NCBI RefSeq assembly: GCF_001194135.2
Contig: NC_068989.1
Coordinates: 3,974,840-4,038,839 of the forward strand
Direction: 5' to 3'
DNA: 64,000 bases
From: Octopus bimaculoides
Lineage: Eukaryota
The translations under genes were made by a program, and so were the position numbers. Positions 12,983 through 26,880 of the stretch are shown here, in pieces (position 1 is the first letter of the stretch; every line of letters starts with the position of its first letter). Under the pieces are notes generated by a model. That model was not told the DNA's origin. It did no database searches and worked only from the letters and a program-made list of their open reading frames with translations.

Positions 12983-13074
12983 GTAGGAGTACCGTTATTA
13001 TTATTTAACGTCCCATTTTCCATGCTCGCGTGGTTTGGCCGGTTCGACGGAAAGCGACGAAGCAGAGCACTTCG

Positions 13075-13075
<1 letters not shown>
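12935..13075 (-). mobile_element. Probable RTE-type retroposon 3' end with (GAT)n tail
   Basis: The minus strand reads ...gaaccggccaaaccacgcgagcatggaaaatgggacgttaaataataataac...gatgatgatg, a 3' end with (GAT)n tail of the type I associate with RTE elements. No coding part is present. Confidence 0.5.
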
Positions 13076-13121
<46 letters not shown>

Positions 13122-14461
13122 TTGTGTGTGTATGTATGCACGTATCCACACATATCTATTATACATAGATATACATACATGTATATATATCTATTTATAT
13201 TAATGCATACATATATCGTCTTGTCCTGGTTATACTTATACACACACACGGTTACGTGCACACACACAAACACACACACATATATATNNNNNNNNNNNNN
13301 NNNNNNNNNNNNNNNNNNNNNNNNNNNNNNNNNNNNNNNNNNNNNNNNNNNNNNNNNNNNNNNNNNNNNNNNNNNNNNNNNNNNNNNNNNNNNNNNNNNN
13401 NNNNNNNNNNNNNNNNNNNNNNNNNNNNNNNNNNNNNNNNNNNNNNNNNNNNNNNNNNNNNNNNNNNNNNNNNNNNNNNNNNNNNNNNNNNNNNNNNNNN
13501 NNNNNNNNNNNNNNNNNNNNNNNNNNNNNNNNNNNNNNNNNNNNNNNNNNNNNNNNNNNNNNNNNNNNNNNNNNNNNNNNNNNNNNNNNNNNNNNNNNNN
13601 NNNNNNNNNNNNNNNNNNNNNNNNNNNNNNNNNNNNNNNNNNNNNNNNNNNNNNNNNNNNNNNNNNNNNNNNNNNNNNNNNNNNNNNNNNNNNNNNNNNN
13701 NNNNNNNNNNNNNNNNNNNNNNNNNNNNNNNNNNNNNNNNNNNNNNNNNNNNNNNNGGTGCATATATTTATAAAGACACACGTACATATATATATGTGTG
13801 TGTGTGTGTATGTGTGTGTGTGTGTGTGTATGTGTGTGTGTGTGTAAAACTTTTATCTTCAGAAATCATCGTCTATCTAAATTTCTCTATTCAGTTTACG
13901 CTAATGATTTTGAAACAGCAAGGAAGAAAACGGAAGAAAGTACATCCATGACAACCTCCACCAAATCCCGCCCTCCTTCACCACCATCACCGCCACCAAC
14001 ACGATTACTAATACTACTATTACTACTACCATGACACGTTCGGCACCACCCACGCTATTGTCCACACCGCCTACTTCCATGATTAACAACAAGAAGACCA
14101 TCATTATTAGAGGAGACATAATTCTTCTGCCGGATGAAGAGAACAATGCTAATAACAATAAAAAGGCTAAAAAGATACAATGCAAAATGTGTTAATAGAT
14201 AAAAGCAGAGAGATAAAGATCTGAATGGAAAAGGAACATGAAATATATTTAGCAAATGTATCATCAATCTTCCATATCAGGTAACGATATATGTTGTAAG
14301 TAATATTCATATAATGGACTTGATTTGAAGCCAGTCATGCGGAGGGTGAATATTCCATAAACATTATTCTGTGGGCGTCGGTTATATCCGGCTATCATAT
14401 TTATGCAGATGCATACAAACGGGAGACATACATATATGCAAATACTGTTACATTAGTATTA

Positions 14462-14517
<56 letters not shown>

Positions 14518-14923
14518 NNNNNNNNNNNNNNNNNNNNNNNNNNNNNNNNNNNNNNNNNNNNNNNNNNNNNNNNNNNNNNNNNNNNNNNNNNNNNNNNNNN
14601 NNNNNNNNNNNNNNNNNNNNNNNNNNNNNNNNNNNNNNNNNNNNNNNNNNNNNNNNNNNNNNNNNNNNNNNNNNNNNNNNNNNNNNNNNNNNNNNNNNNN
14701 NNNNNNNNNNNNNNNNNNNNNNNNNNNNNNNNNNNNNNNNNNNNNNNNNNNNNNNNNNNNNNNNNNNNNNNNNNNNNNNNNNNNNNNNNNNNNNNNNNNN
14801 NNNNNNNNNNNNNNNNNNNNNNNNNNNNNNNNNNNNNNNNNNNNNNNNNNNNNNNNNNNNNNNNNNNNNNNNNNNNNNNNNNNNNNNNNNNNNNNNNNNN
14901 NNNNNNNNNNNNNNNNNNNNNNN

Positions 14924-14957
<34 letters not shown>

Positions 14958-14961
<4 letters not shown>

Positions 14962-15570
14962 GTGCGCAAAAACTTACGCAAAAAAGGGAATATTACTAAT
15001 ATCTCATTGTAACAGATATATTTACCAAAATTACATAAACAATTCTTGATATACTAAAGAGTAACTTTGTTCAATAAAATCGCCATTGGCTACAAACACG
15101 GGCTCCGGACGACTTCAGGATCTCTTGCAACTCTTCTGGACGGTCTCCTTGTTTAAGTTGGTGAATATTGCCAAAGGCATTGCCTTCACTTCGTCTTTGG
15201 TGGGTGTTACAAGAAGTTTTGTTGATCTCTTACTCAACTGTTCCCCACACATCATAATCAAGGGGGTCGCAGACTGGGAAGTTAGATGGCCAGATGTTAG
15301 GGGTGATGTGGCTGCAGAAATTGTCTGACAGCCATGACTGGGTTCTCCAGCTTGTGTGGCATGGTGCCAAGTGATGTTGCTAGACATAAGGTATCCCATC
15401 AGCCACCCTCTTGAACCAGGGCAGCATTACTTCCTCCAGGCACTTGATGTAGACCTCCGTGTTGAGTGTGAGGCCGTGTGGGAAGATGAAACGTCGCCAT
15501 CACTAGTGATCTCTCCAAACATCATGATGTTGACTGGATGCTCTTATGTGGATGACTTCGGAAAATATAA
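14958..15570 (-). mobile_element. Tc1/mariner-superfamily (DDxD type) transposase C-terminal half with one end at (TA)n
   Basis: Minus-strand translation across stops and frameshifts: HPVNIMMFGEITSDGDV...FIFPHGLTLNTEVYIKCLEEVMLPWFKRVADG...WLSDNFCSHITPNIWPSNFPVCDPLDYDVWGTVE...NKETVQKSCK...VANGDFIE (compare WPxxSPDxNPLDY.VWG). Ends in ta|cagagtgcg next to a (TA)n tract. Confidence 0.88.
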
Positions 15571-16360
15571 TTCTTCAGCGAATAATTCAGACACGCCACC
15601 TGCACGAAAAGTAGAATTTATGTTAATGTTAATATATTTAATGCTGAGATTCTTAAAAAGCTAACTATATATAACATTGCGTCTAGGTATTCAAGCATAA
15701 TTAATCATTGCTGAATATTATATTTTAAAACTAATGCAAGTATAATTGAAACACATGTCGTGTTGAACAAGGTAACAGTCAATACATATGCTAACACTAA
15801 TGATCAGTCTCTCGAACTACCATGATCATCATTTTAGTTATCTCTCCTTAACTCACACAACCACTCTCTCTTTCCATGTCATTTTCGCTCACTTCTTTTC
15901 TCTTTATGTCCCTCTAAACACACATAGAATGTATTTATGCGAATAACCGATGGCGTCTGTGTTTTCATTAACAAAGAATATCTTCTCTATGCTCACTTTT
16001 ATTCGCACAATCAAAACCCACACAGATCTTATTTTCGTTCTTTTACTTTGCGTATTTAAGTTCGTCATTATTTAATGTCCTCTCGAAAACAGTTATTACA
16101 ACAGCTTTTAATTCAATCCACTCCATTAAAAATTAGTCATTCATAAACAAACATAAAAAAAAGACATTCCTAATACGAGAAGGAACGAGGAGTTATTCAA
16201 TATGCAGGAGGATTGTGAATTAATTGGAAATTCTGTAGAAGTCGAATGCAGTGTAATTCCAGAATGTTCAAATGTAAAACACAATTGAGAAAAACAACAA
16301 ACATATTAATGATGACGGTAACATTATGCATCACCATCATCATCATCATCGTTATTGCTA

Positions 16361-16405
<45 letters not shown>

Positions 16406-16566
16406 AGAATATCATTATCATCATTAATACTAATATTACTATCATCCTCATCATCATAATCTTCCTCCTCCTCCTCTTCCTCCCCTACCCCTCCTCCTCC
16501 TAATCATCATGGACATTCTTATTCTTATTATCATTATATGTAATATTGCTGTTATTATTATCGTTA

Positions 16567-16692
<126 letters not shown>

Positions 16693-17226
16693 AATATTGT
16701 TTTATTATAATTATTATTTCTACTTTTTACTATTATTGTTTTTATAAATACCAGCAGCAGCAGCAGCAGCAGTAGCAGCAGTAGCAACAAAGCAACATAA
16801 ATTTTGTTACATTGAAAAATTATACTAAAACCGTATTGTAATTTTACACTCATTTTATTTTTATTTCAACATATATAGATTTTTTTTAGCACGTTCTATT
16901 CTGTCTTGTTTTTCATTTTACTTCATTCTATTGTGTTTATGAAACATAACAGAGAGTAAAACGTTATTGCAAAGAGGTTTCAGTACTTTTAGCAAGGAGT
17001 TGCCATAGGATTGTCGTTGCTATTTAATTATTCCATTATTTTGTTTGTGAGTCAGATGCATTTGAAGCTGTTTTGAGAAATAAATGAATAAAAGAATGGC
17101 GATGTTAAGCGATTGGTTTTCCTCGTTGCTCGGGAAACGTGCAACTAGTTACTGTTTGGTTGCCTACGAACACCACACTACATACATACATACATACATA
17201 CATACATACATACATACATACATACA

Positions 17227-17263
<37 letters not shown>

Positions 17264-17339
17264 NNNNNNNNNNNNNNNNNAGGGATCGATCAATAACTGT
17301 AACAGTTGTATAAAGTGAGAAAACAAGCAATTGCATTAT

Positions 17340-17411
<72 letters not shown>

Positions 17412-17431
17412 TAATAATAATAATAATAATG

Positions 17432-17914
17432 ATTAGAATGATAATAATTGTAAAATAGCAAAATCCTGTGGGATGCAATGTTTGAGTTTGATCACCCGAC
17501 CAGACATCGGAAACCGGACATTGTGGTGGTGAATAAAAAAGAAAGAACATGCATCAGATTCGATGTAGCATGCCCCGGTGACAACAGGATCAATGTGAAA
17601 GAAGAACAAAAAAATAAACAACGACGATTTGAAGTGGGAAATACGAAGGTCGTGGTCAACGAGGAGAGTAGACGTGATACCAATAGTAATTGGAGCATTT
17701 CAGGGTATCAGCACTCAACTACCAACCTGGCTGAAACAGTTTGGTGGAAGTGTGAAGGTAGAACATCTACAAAATTCAGCATTGCTTGGAACTGCAAGAA
17801 TACTTCGCAGGGTTCTTGAAGCAAGATCAGTAAACAAGTGTCACATTAGTCTGGTGGCTGTGGACAGCTGATACTTTCCATCATACCCAGCAATATAAGT
17901 TGTGAGGTTTCATA
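17432..17914 (+). mobile_element. 5'-truncated R4/Dong-clade LINE (RLE domain + 3' UTR) embedded in (TAA)n
   Basis: KILWD...HRKPDIVVVNKKERTCIRFDVACPGD...LKWEIRRSW...VIPIVIGAF...LQNSALLGTARILRRVL. (TAA)n on both sides (17342-17430 and 17915-18061, continuing after the gap). Confidence 0.92.
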
Positions 17915-17934
17915 TAATAATAATAATAATGATG

Positions 17935-17995
<61 letters not shown>

Positions 17996-18610
17996 TAATA
18001 ATGATAATAATAATGATAATAATGATAATAATAATAATAATAATAATAATGATAATAATAANNNNNNNNNNNNNNNNNNNNNNNNNNNNNNNNNNNNNNN
18101 NNNNNNNNNNNNNNNNNNNNNNNNNNNNNNNNNNNNNNNNNNNNNNNNNNNNNNNNNNNNNNNNNNNNNNNNNNNNNNNNNNNNNNNNNNNNNNNNNNNN
18201 NNNNNNNNNNNNNNNNNNNNNNNNNNNNNNNNNNNNNNNNNNNNNNNNNNNNNNNNNNNNNNNNNNNNNNNNNNNNNNNNNNNNNNNNNNNNNNNNNNNN
18301 NNNNNNNNNNNNNNNNNNNNNNNNNNNNNNNNNNNNNNNNNNNNNNNNNNNNNNNNNNNNNNNNNNNNNNNNNNNNNNNNNNNNNNNNNNNNNNNNNNNN
18401 NNNNNNNNNNNNNNNNNNNNNNNNNNNNNNNNNNNNNNNNNNNNNNNNNNNNNNNNNNNNNNNNNNNNNNNNNNNNNNNNNNNNNNNNNNNNNNNNNNNN
18501 NNNNNNNNNNNNNNNNNNNNNNNNNNNNNNNNNNNNNNNNNNNNNNNNNNNNNNNNNNNNNNNNNNNNNNNNNNNNNNNNNNNNNNNNNATAATAATAAT
18601 AATAATAATG

Positions 18611-18695
<85 letters not shown>

Positions 18696-18824
18696 TAATA
18701 ATAATAATAATAATAATAATGATAATAATAATAATAATAATAATGATAATAATAATAATAATGATGATAATAATAATAATAATAATAATAATAATGTTTT
18801 TTTTTGTTGTTTGTTGCTCTTGTT

Positions 18825-20450
18825 TTTATTGCTGCTTCTACTGTTATTATCATTATTATCTTTATTGTATTTTTGACAGGTTGATGCGACTTCCTGCATC
18901 CCTGGCTACACCATCTTCTTCCAGATTTCCCTTCCTCAGATACAAACATATTCTGAGATGTAAACATATTAATTTATAGCATCCCTTTTGCGTTGTTGTG
19001 GTGGTCTGGCTTTTTGAATGTTAATTTAGCGTCTCATTCACTGTATATGATATGTGCCAAGTACATCATATAATTTCGTTGAACACTGAATACGTTTCAA
19101 GTGCTGTTATACAAGGTGTTATACAAGCTTCGGTATCACACGATGATTGTGTAACGAATATGTGATATAGCTGGTGTAGCATAACTGAGTTGGAGCTGCG
19201 TAGAATAGAAAGATGTTACATGAGTCGTTAATATAGAATCGTAGGTTACTGTTTTAGGTTGTGTTGCAGAATGATATTGGATGTTCCCCATATGTAGTAT
19301 TTGTTGGGTTGTGTTATTTTATTGGAAGATTATTCTGCATATTGGGGGTTTTGTACAAAGGCTTACGCAGAGGTGGCTGTACCTAGTAGAGCAACAATGT
19401 GTAACAATGTGAAAGCTGATATGCATCTTATGTCTTTGTTCATATTTTATCAGACTTAATGCTTCAATTATTATTGATATAGCTTCTACTTTCATGCCTT
19501 TTCATCTCCCACATCCTGTGTATTTCGATTTCGAGATATACATGTATTTTGGCAGTCTCTTCTTTGAGACAAAGCATACTTTCACTATGGTTCACTGATT
19601 TAATTCCGCTCTGTCAAGCCTTACAATATATTGATACTCATGTGTTTTCACTCGCTATGTTTTTCTTCTGTACATTCTGAATTCGCATAACAATTTTATC
19701 TTTATTTCTTTCATACATTTTCAGTTTAGTTTCTATTAAACTGTTTTATTTCAAGCTAGTTTCTCCAGTTTGAATAACACCGTTTGTATGAATAGAGGCA
19801 ATATTTTTTTCATGTACCTTCATTGCACGTACCAGCTTATCGTTGCTTAATTCACAGTATTTGTTTAGTTCTACTGCTGCTATTTTGTAGTAGATTGTTA
19901 TATGTATGAGACACGTGTTTTCTATTAATACCAAATTTGGGGCACGGAATTTAGAACGCTGTTAGATATTTACTATATTCCTCCTGTCAAAGCTCAAAAA
20001 TACACTTAGCTTATAATAAATTATGGTGAAGCAGTTGCTTATAACTTGGATGTGTGTGTATTTATAGCTACTATATTCTTGGTTTTAGTTTGTAAGAATA
20101 GATTAACTTTCCGTTCTATATTTTCTACACCATTTAGTTCCGTGTATTGCGTTTCGTCGGTTTCCTAGGTATTTGCCTGGGAGCTTCTGGTCTAATTCTC
20201 TGATTTAGCACTCGATATCAAATTTTGCATTCTTGGTTCTGCTTTAATTTCTTTCTTTTTGTATGGCACAGTTATGTGATTCCATACTCAATTTTATGGC
20301 TAGTTTGAAATTGGGAACAGATTTTATTCTCATTGATCGATTCGTCCCTTTCATATCAATTACCATCATCACCAATAGCGTACAACCACGCTGAGGATGA
20401 TTATTGAGTTATGGTTTCTTGTGCGATGTTGTTGTTCGTGGCTGGAGTTC
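18825..20450 (-). mobile_element. Heavily decayed R4/Dong-clade LINE 3' part
   Basis: Minus-strand fragments KLPGKY (~20185), LEIEIHRMWEMK (~19520), KVEAISIIIEALSLIK (~19480) and ALLGTA (~19385) occur in the expected order. A degenerate TAA-like tail lies near 18825-18860. Boundaries are approximate. Confidence 0.65.
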
Positions 20451-20549
20451 GAGCGAGTGAGAACAAAGTACGTTCTTTAGTTTTCTCAATGTTTTGAAGG
20501 GGAGACAACCAATCGCATCGTAATTTGTTCACTTTTGTAATTCCTTAAA

Positions 20550-20700
20550 GAACTTTTAGTCGAATGAATCAACCTCATACTTCTTTATTTTAAGACTGTT
20601 ATTTATTCTATCAGTCTCGTTTGCAGAACCACTCAGTTACAGGGACGTAAACATACTAACAGCTGGTGTCAAGCATTGATATGAGGCACACCCACACAAC

Positions 20701-20757
<57 letters not shown>

Positions 20758-20920
20758 GGGATCCTTTCAGTTTCCGTTAAATCAAATCCACTCAAAAGGC
20801 TTTGATCACCCCGAGGCTATAGTAGAAAACACCTGCCGAATGTGGTACGCAGTGGGACTGAACCCGGAACCATGTGTTCGGTACGCAAGATTCTTACCGC
20901 ACACCCACGCCTGCGCCTTC
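20550..20920 (-). mobile_element. SINE family B with internal (CA)n
   Basis: 5' head at 20757-20920 (cagtgggactgaacccggaaccatgtg) and 3' body at 20555-20690 (tagtcgaatgaatcaacc...ttattctatcagtctc) flank a CA microsatellite, as in other copies. Confidence 0.8.
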
Positions 20921-22432
20921 ACATAGACATATAATCATAAACTTCAAATACGTGACTTACAGACTTTCACTTAGATACATGTAGGACACCATTAAACACA
21001 CTTTGTTATATAAAAACTAATGTTTCTAGTGCGACTCTTCTCCAAATCCCGACCAATTTCGCCGCAGGAGTAAATAAAGAACAAAGGCTACAAGGAAACA
21101 AAAACACCCACCATCTTCTATTCCTCTCCAGTCTTCTGTCAAAGATAAAATCACTACAAATATTCTTGAAAAGACAATGCATAGATGTGGTAAAGGAACG
21201 GGGTTTATTTTGCATTGAATTCAGTTGTGACTGAGAAAGCGGAAAGATAAAGTCACTGTTTATTTGTTATCTTTATGCATACATGTATGTATACATACAT
21301 GTATGTATACATACATGTATGTATACATACATACATACATACATACATACATAAATACATACGTACACCGTCTATAAGGATGTTTCTCTGGCCAAATTGA
21401 GTACATCTCACACATTTTAGTTTTGACGTTATTCGTACACTTGATGCTGTTATTGGTGCTGTTGTTGTTGTTGCTGTTGGCAGTGGTGACGATGGTGGTG
21501 TCGACGATGGTGGCTTCTGCTGCTGCAGCGGAGACTGCTCTAATTGTTGTAACTTGTTTTTGTATATTTCAATGATAGCAACACTCTTGTAGTCATATTA
21601 ATCACACTAATATACAGCTATGCATATATAAATAATATATATATATGTGTGTGTGTGTGGGCGGATGAGTGTGTTGGTGTGTGTGTTTGTACCAGTAAAA
21701 TGCTTATATTAAATATGTTGAAGTTATGATTGTATCCAGTGTTTTGACAAAAACGAAAAAGTAGACAAATAGAGGAAAATGTTTTGAATGAGTGAGACAC
21801 AGCTGAAGAAACACACCTACGCAGGCACGCACGCACACACGCATACATACATGCATACATACATACATACATACATGCATACATACATACACAAACACGT
21901 GCGGACGCAAACACATATTTATATGCACACAATATGTAGAGAGAAAGAGAGAGCAACTGAGAAAAGGTCAAGAAAATTCAATGTACTTTATGTCTTAAAA
22001 TGACGATATATTCCAAGTGACTTCATCACCGATGTCTCCGCCTGGCATCGCTTATCTCACCTTCTTCTTGGTGCGCACGAACATATTGCCTCTTACGAAG
22101 TTTATGTAGATCTTCATGTGTGCAGATTCTTCCCTGGGTTAGAGAAAGGATAAGGCTGACACAGAAGAGAGAAAACGTATATATTGCTTATGTCGCTGGT
22201 GTCGATGGTTTTTAAATCCAAGAATCGAGTAAGAATTTCCCCAAAAGTGAATTGTCATCAAATGTATCTTTTTTTGCGGAAGATATGTTATTGAATCAAA
22301 TGTTTTGCAATATTTTGACAACTTATTTTCTTTCAACATCAATTTACAATAAAAGTAGGCTAGCATTCAAAATAAAGGCTATCACATTGCACCATTTAAA
22401 GCCACCTTTCTGTCCGTTCTTTGATTCTAGAA

Positions 22433-22605
22433 GGCGGTGAGATGGCAGAAACGTTAGCACGCCGGGTGAAACGCTTAGCTGTAATTCGTCTGCCGTTACG
22501 TTCTGAGTTCAAATACCGCCTAAGTCGACTTTGCCTTTCATACTTTCGGTGTCGATAAATTAAGTACCAGTTACGCACTGGAGTCGATGCAATCAACTTA
22601 ATCCC
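22433..22605 (+). mobile_element. SINE family A
   Basis: ggcggtgagatggcagaaacgttagcacgccgg...gttctgagttcaaataccgcctaagtcgactttgcctttc...aattaagtaccagtt. Confidence 0.88.
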
Positions 22606-22658
22606 TTAGATAATAATTCCCCAAGATAATAAGGCAGTTAAAAAGTTGTTGTTTTATT

Positions 22659-22832
22659 ACCATCATCGAGATCCAAAGCGAATCGCAGAAGTTCCTCGAC
22701 TCGCTTACGGATTCCAAAAATGGCAGGAACGCTGGGAACGTTGTATTTCTGCACAATATGATGTTAAAATTTAATTAAATGAGTTTTTTTTTATCAAACG
22801 TTACTAGTCTTGGTAACGTTTGATTCCACTTC
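22659..22832 (+). mobile_element. mariner transposase C-terminal fragment and 3' end
   Basis: TIIEIQSESQKFLDSL / GFQKWQERWERCISAQ matches the mariner terminus FQxWxxRWxxCIxxxG. Confidence 0.7.
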
Positions 22833-22897
22833 AGATTCACTGAGTATGTCCGGCAAATTTTCGTTTTTTCTTGTTTGTTTTTGTTCTTGGATTTGCC

Positions 22898-22975
<78 letters not shown>

Positions 22976-23051
22976 NNNNNNNNNNNNNNNNNNNNNNNNN
23001 NNNNNNNNNNNNNNNNNNNNNNNNNNNNNNNNNNNNNTCTATCTATCTATG

Positions 23052-23088
<37 letters not shown>

Positions 23089-23379
23089 GTCTGTTTATCT
23101 ATCACTATTTATCTATCTCTCTCTGTCTCTATCTATCTATCTATCGATGTGTCTGTGTCTGTGTATGTGCGTGTGTGTGTATTTGTGTGTTTTCACATAA
23201 ATATACACACAAAGCAACACACACATTCATACAAAAGGAAGACACAGGAATTATTACACGTATCATATTCCTTTCAACTTCGTTATTGTTGCTTACAAGT
23301 ATGTTAAAATCTATCGGGCGAATTTGTGTTCAAATGATTTCCAGTTGTGGACCTACCATCTTTTGAGATCTTTCTTTCT

Positions 23380-23640
23380 TCAGAGTACACTATGTGATAC
23401 GATGTCCATTTGTCTACTATTTCTACAATATCAAACGACCGCCTACAGACTCCTTCTCATCTTGCAGCTTAAGTTCATAGATCATAGAGACGACTTAGTG
23501 TTTAGTGAGATTTCTGTTCTGACATTTTTGTCTGAAATGTCAGAACGACGTTTTATTCAGTATACAAATTTATCTGCTTTTCGAACGCTAATCTGTTTTT
23601 GTAGTTTGTTTTCAAAGCTACGCCCGTGTCTCAAACGTTT
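23380..23640 (-). mobile_element. Possible RTE-type RT remnant
   Basis: Minus-strand VRKADKFVY...SDKNVRTEISL weakly resembles the xxVDKFVYLGS...EI motif. Many stops. Confidence 0.35.
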
Positions 23641-24344
23641 TTATTTTATTCCTTGATTACTGAGATAAGTCTGCAACATGATTTATCTCCTGGTAGCAGT
23701 CCTATATTTCTATTCCGTTAATGGTCTTCTTCGTTTCCTCCATCTACGTTAGGTATTTAGGCTTCGGCGCTGCTGACGTTAACGCTACATCGTTAATAAA
23801 GTATATACCAGCAGATTGTTGGGCATCTAAGATTGAAGCTGCATCCAGAAATTTTAATAGGTGAGTATAAAAGACATCATCATCATCAACAACATAAACA
23901 TGGCGTCTAATACAGAGAGGTTCGCATAAAAAGCATTTAGTTCTTCCGCATAATGAATACTAACTTCTATAATTTTTGCCATTAGTACAAGCCTAATAAA
24001 AGAAATGTTTAGCTTCTTATATTAAACGCAAAAAAAACAACAACCTTATTTCAAAAATTAAATTAATACATACAAATTAATGCATACAAGATGGTATGAT
24101 CTCAGATCGCAGAAGTATAGAGAGAAATTCCAGTAGATGTTCAAACTGAACGAAGATTTATATCAGTTCTATAGAGTGACTAGATAAGATCCATCGATAA
24201 GCTACTGGAAGTGACTTAAAGAATATTGGCAAAATGAAGGTGTCTTGGATCTAGGTTAGAAACCGGTTCTTTCTCTATTGGCAAGAATCTTAAAATAACT
24301 CAATAATGATACACATATATGCATGCATACGTACATATATAATT

Positions 24345-25338
24345 TTCACATAAACAGTGACGTAGACTGCATCTATCTAAAACGAAAACAAGGCGGCAGA
24401 GGCTTAACATCGATCCAAAATGCCTTTGATTGTATCATATCCCTTCGGCAACATCTTTTAACCACCAAGTGTCGAAGTGCATCCCTTGACCAACTTAGCA
24501 GACATGAGGCTGATAACATCATAAGGTTTGGAAGGCGGTTTCTTGAGCAACACTCTTTGTCTGATAACCTAGAATACATTCCCAAGGAAGTCGCATGACT
24601 CTACCGCAACGTATCATCAGATGAAAGGATGAGCCTATATGAGCAGAAGACTATGCATGAATATGCCAGCAGAAAGCTTCGTGATGATAGTAACATCGAT
24701 CATCAGAGCAGTTAATCATGGACCAATAGCCGGATTACCTACCTCTCAATTTGAAGGGTATGCGTTTGCAATCCAAGAACAGGAAATATCAACCAAGTAC
24801 CTGATGCACAAAAGGGATAGAGATGCAGGAAAAGCAGTAAATTGTGACAACCGATGCAGACTTTGTGGAGTTCACACTGAAGATATCACCCACATCATAA
24901 GCAGTTGTCTGAAAATGTCATCACAGTATTATCTACCGATGAGACATGATGTTGTAGCTAGGAAACTCTGTAATGAGATCCGAAGACAAAAATAAAAATC
25001 CACAATAAGGTAGAAACCATAGCCACTCATAATAAAAAGAAATACTGGTAGAATGTACCAGTGAAGACTTCAATAAAATATAAACACAACAAACCTGATA
25101 TAATGATTTGGGATAGGGAAGAGAAACTGTGTACCGTTGTGGAAATTAGTTGCCCAACGGATGTTGTCAACATCAAGTTGAAGATCGGTGAAAAAGAGAA
25201 CTTCTACACTGGACTATTGAGAAATGTGCAATTACTCTATTTAGGTTATAAGTTGAGGGTTATACCTGTAATTATTGGGGTACTGGGATACGTAACACTC
25301 TGCCTAAATACCAATCTTGAGAAATTAGGCTTCTCAAA
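24345..25338 (+). mobile_element. R4/Dong-like (RLE-type) LINE 3' part: post-RT region, CCHC finger, endonuclease
   Basis: SDVDCIYLKRKQGGRGL; EGYAFAIQEQEISTKY; CRLCGVHTEDITHIISSC (CCHC); MRHDVVA; HNKPDIMIWD...VVEISCP; VIPVIIGVLG. Stops and frameshifts; cut off by a SINE B fragment at 25339. Confidence 0.92.
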
Positions 25339-25462
25339 ACCGGTGCTGGCGTATTTTCGTCCCCGTAATTTCATGGTTTGGCAAAAGCGACCGACAGAGT
25401 AAGTACTAGACTTAGAAAGAATAAGTGTTGGCCGCAGTCAAATGACTGAAACAATTACAAGC
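25339..25462 (+). mobile_element. SINE family B, 3' fragment
   Basis: accggtgctggcgtattttcgtccccgtaat...ggcaaaagcgaccgacagagtaagtactagac...ggccgcagtcaaatgactgaaacaa. Confidence 0.8.
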
Positions 25463-25475
25463 AATATATACACAC

Positions 25476-25544
<69 letters not shown>

Positions 25545-26373
25545 CAATATATATATCTACACATGTGTGTATGTCGATGAGTGCGTATGCTTTTATATAA
25601 GTTGTGTAGGGATATTTTGGTTCTGATGAATGTATATAACATTCCATTTATTCCCGCTTTTGTTCCCCGTGAATGCTCTAGAATTTCGCATATGGAAAGA
25701 AGGACAAAATCATCTTATAGCGTTCTTAAAATAGACTACAAATTGATTCCTATTATTATGTTCGTTCATATTAGTATTGCATACTGGGAAAAATTACTCA
25801 TCTCCCAAATTTCTCTCCCTCTCTCCCGCACTAACATTCTCTTTCTCCCTCTTTTTGTGCATAGATATATAAGGATATATATATGTGTGTGTATATATTT
25901 ATATATANNNNNNNNNNNNNNNNNNNNNNNNNNNNNNNNNNNNNNNNNNNNNNNNNNNNNNNNNNNNNNNNNNNNNNNNNNNNNNNNNNNNNNNNNNNNN
26001 NNNNNNNNNNNNNNNNNNNNNNNNNNNNNNNNNNNNNNNNNNNNNNNNNNNNNNNNNNNNNNNNNNNNNNNNNNNNNNNNNNNNNNNNNNNNNNNNNNNN
26101 NNNNNNNNNNNNNNNNNNNNNNNNNNNNNNNNNNNNNNNNNNNNNNNNNNNNNNNNNNNNNNNNNNNNNNNNNNNNNNNNNNNNNNNNNNNNNNNNNNNN
26201 NNNNNNNNNNNNNNNNNNNNNNNNNNNNNNNNNNNNNNNNNNNNNNNNNNNNNNNNNNNNNNNNNNACACTCACACACATTGATATACATATTTTAGCGT
26301 CAATGATATACTTGTCTCCGTGAGTCCGGTGATTTGCAATGATACATATGATACATTTTACCATTGCATTCAA

Positions 26374-26433
<60 letters not shown>

Positions 26434-26539
26434 AGGAAGTACCACCACCACCACCAACAACAACAACCATCAGTACCAATGATAACGACTATTATAATAA
26501 TAACAACGATGATGGTGATAATGACGATGATGATGATCA

Positions 26540-26604
26540 AAACGATGATAAGACAATTCATAATAATAATAATAATAATAATGATGATAATAATAATAAT
26601 AATG

Positions 26605-26660
<56 letters not shown>

Positions 26661-26840
26661 AAGAAAAGAAGATAACAGAAAGATAATAAGAACAGAAGAA
26701 AGAAAAGTAAATAGAAGAAGAACAACAACAAGAACAAGAGTTAGTAGTAGTAGTAGTAGTCGTAGAAGAAGAAGAAGAAGAAGAAGAAGAAGAAGAAGAA
26801 GAAGAAGAAGAAGAAGGAGAAGAAGAAGAAGAAGAAGAAC
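26540..26840. repeat. Compound trinucleotide tract (AAT)n, (TAG)n, (AAG)n
   Basis: Direct reading; produces the poly-I/N/R ORFs in the track. Confidence 0.95.
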
Positions 26841-26880
26841 AATTGTAATGAAACTTTTTATTAATATTGATATCTTGAGT

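Noticed and set aside
13914-14195. Thr/Pro-rich open frame (...TITNTTITTTMTRSAPPTLLSTPP...RGDIILLPDEE...)
   Set aside because: Largely degenerate trinucleotide repeats with no convincing splice donor or domain; cannot be distinguished from noise.
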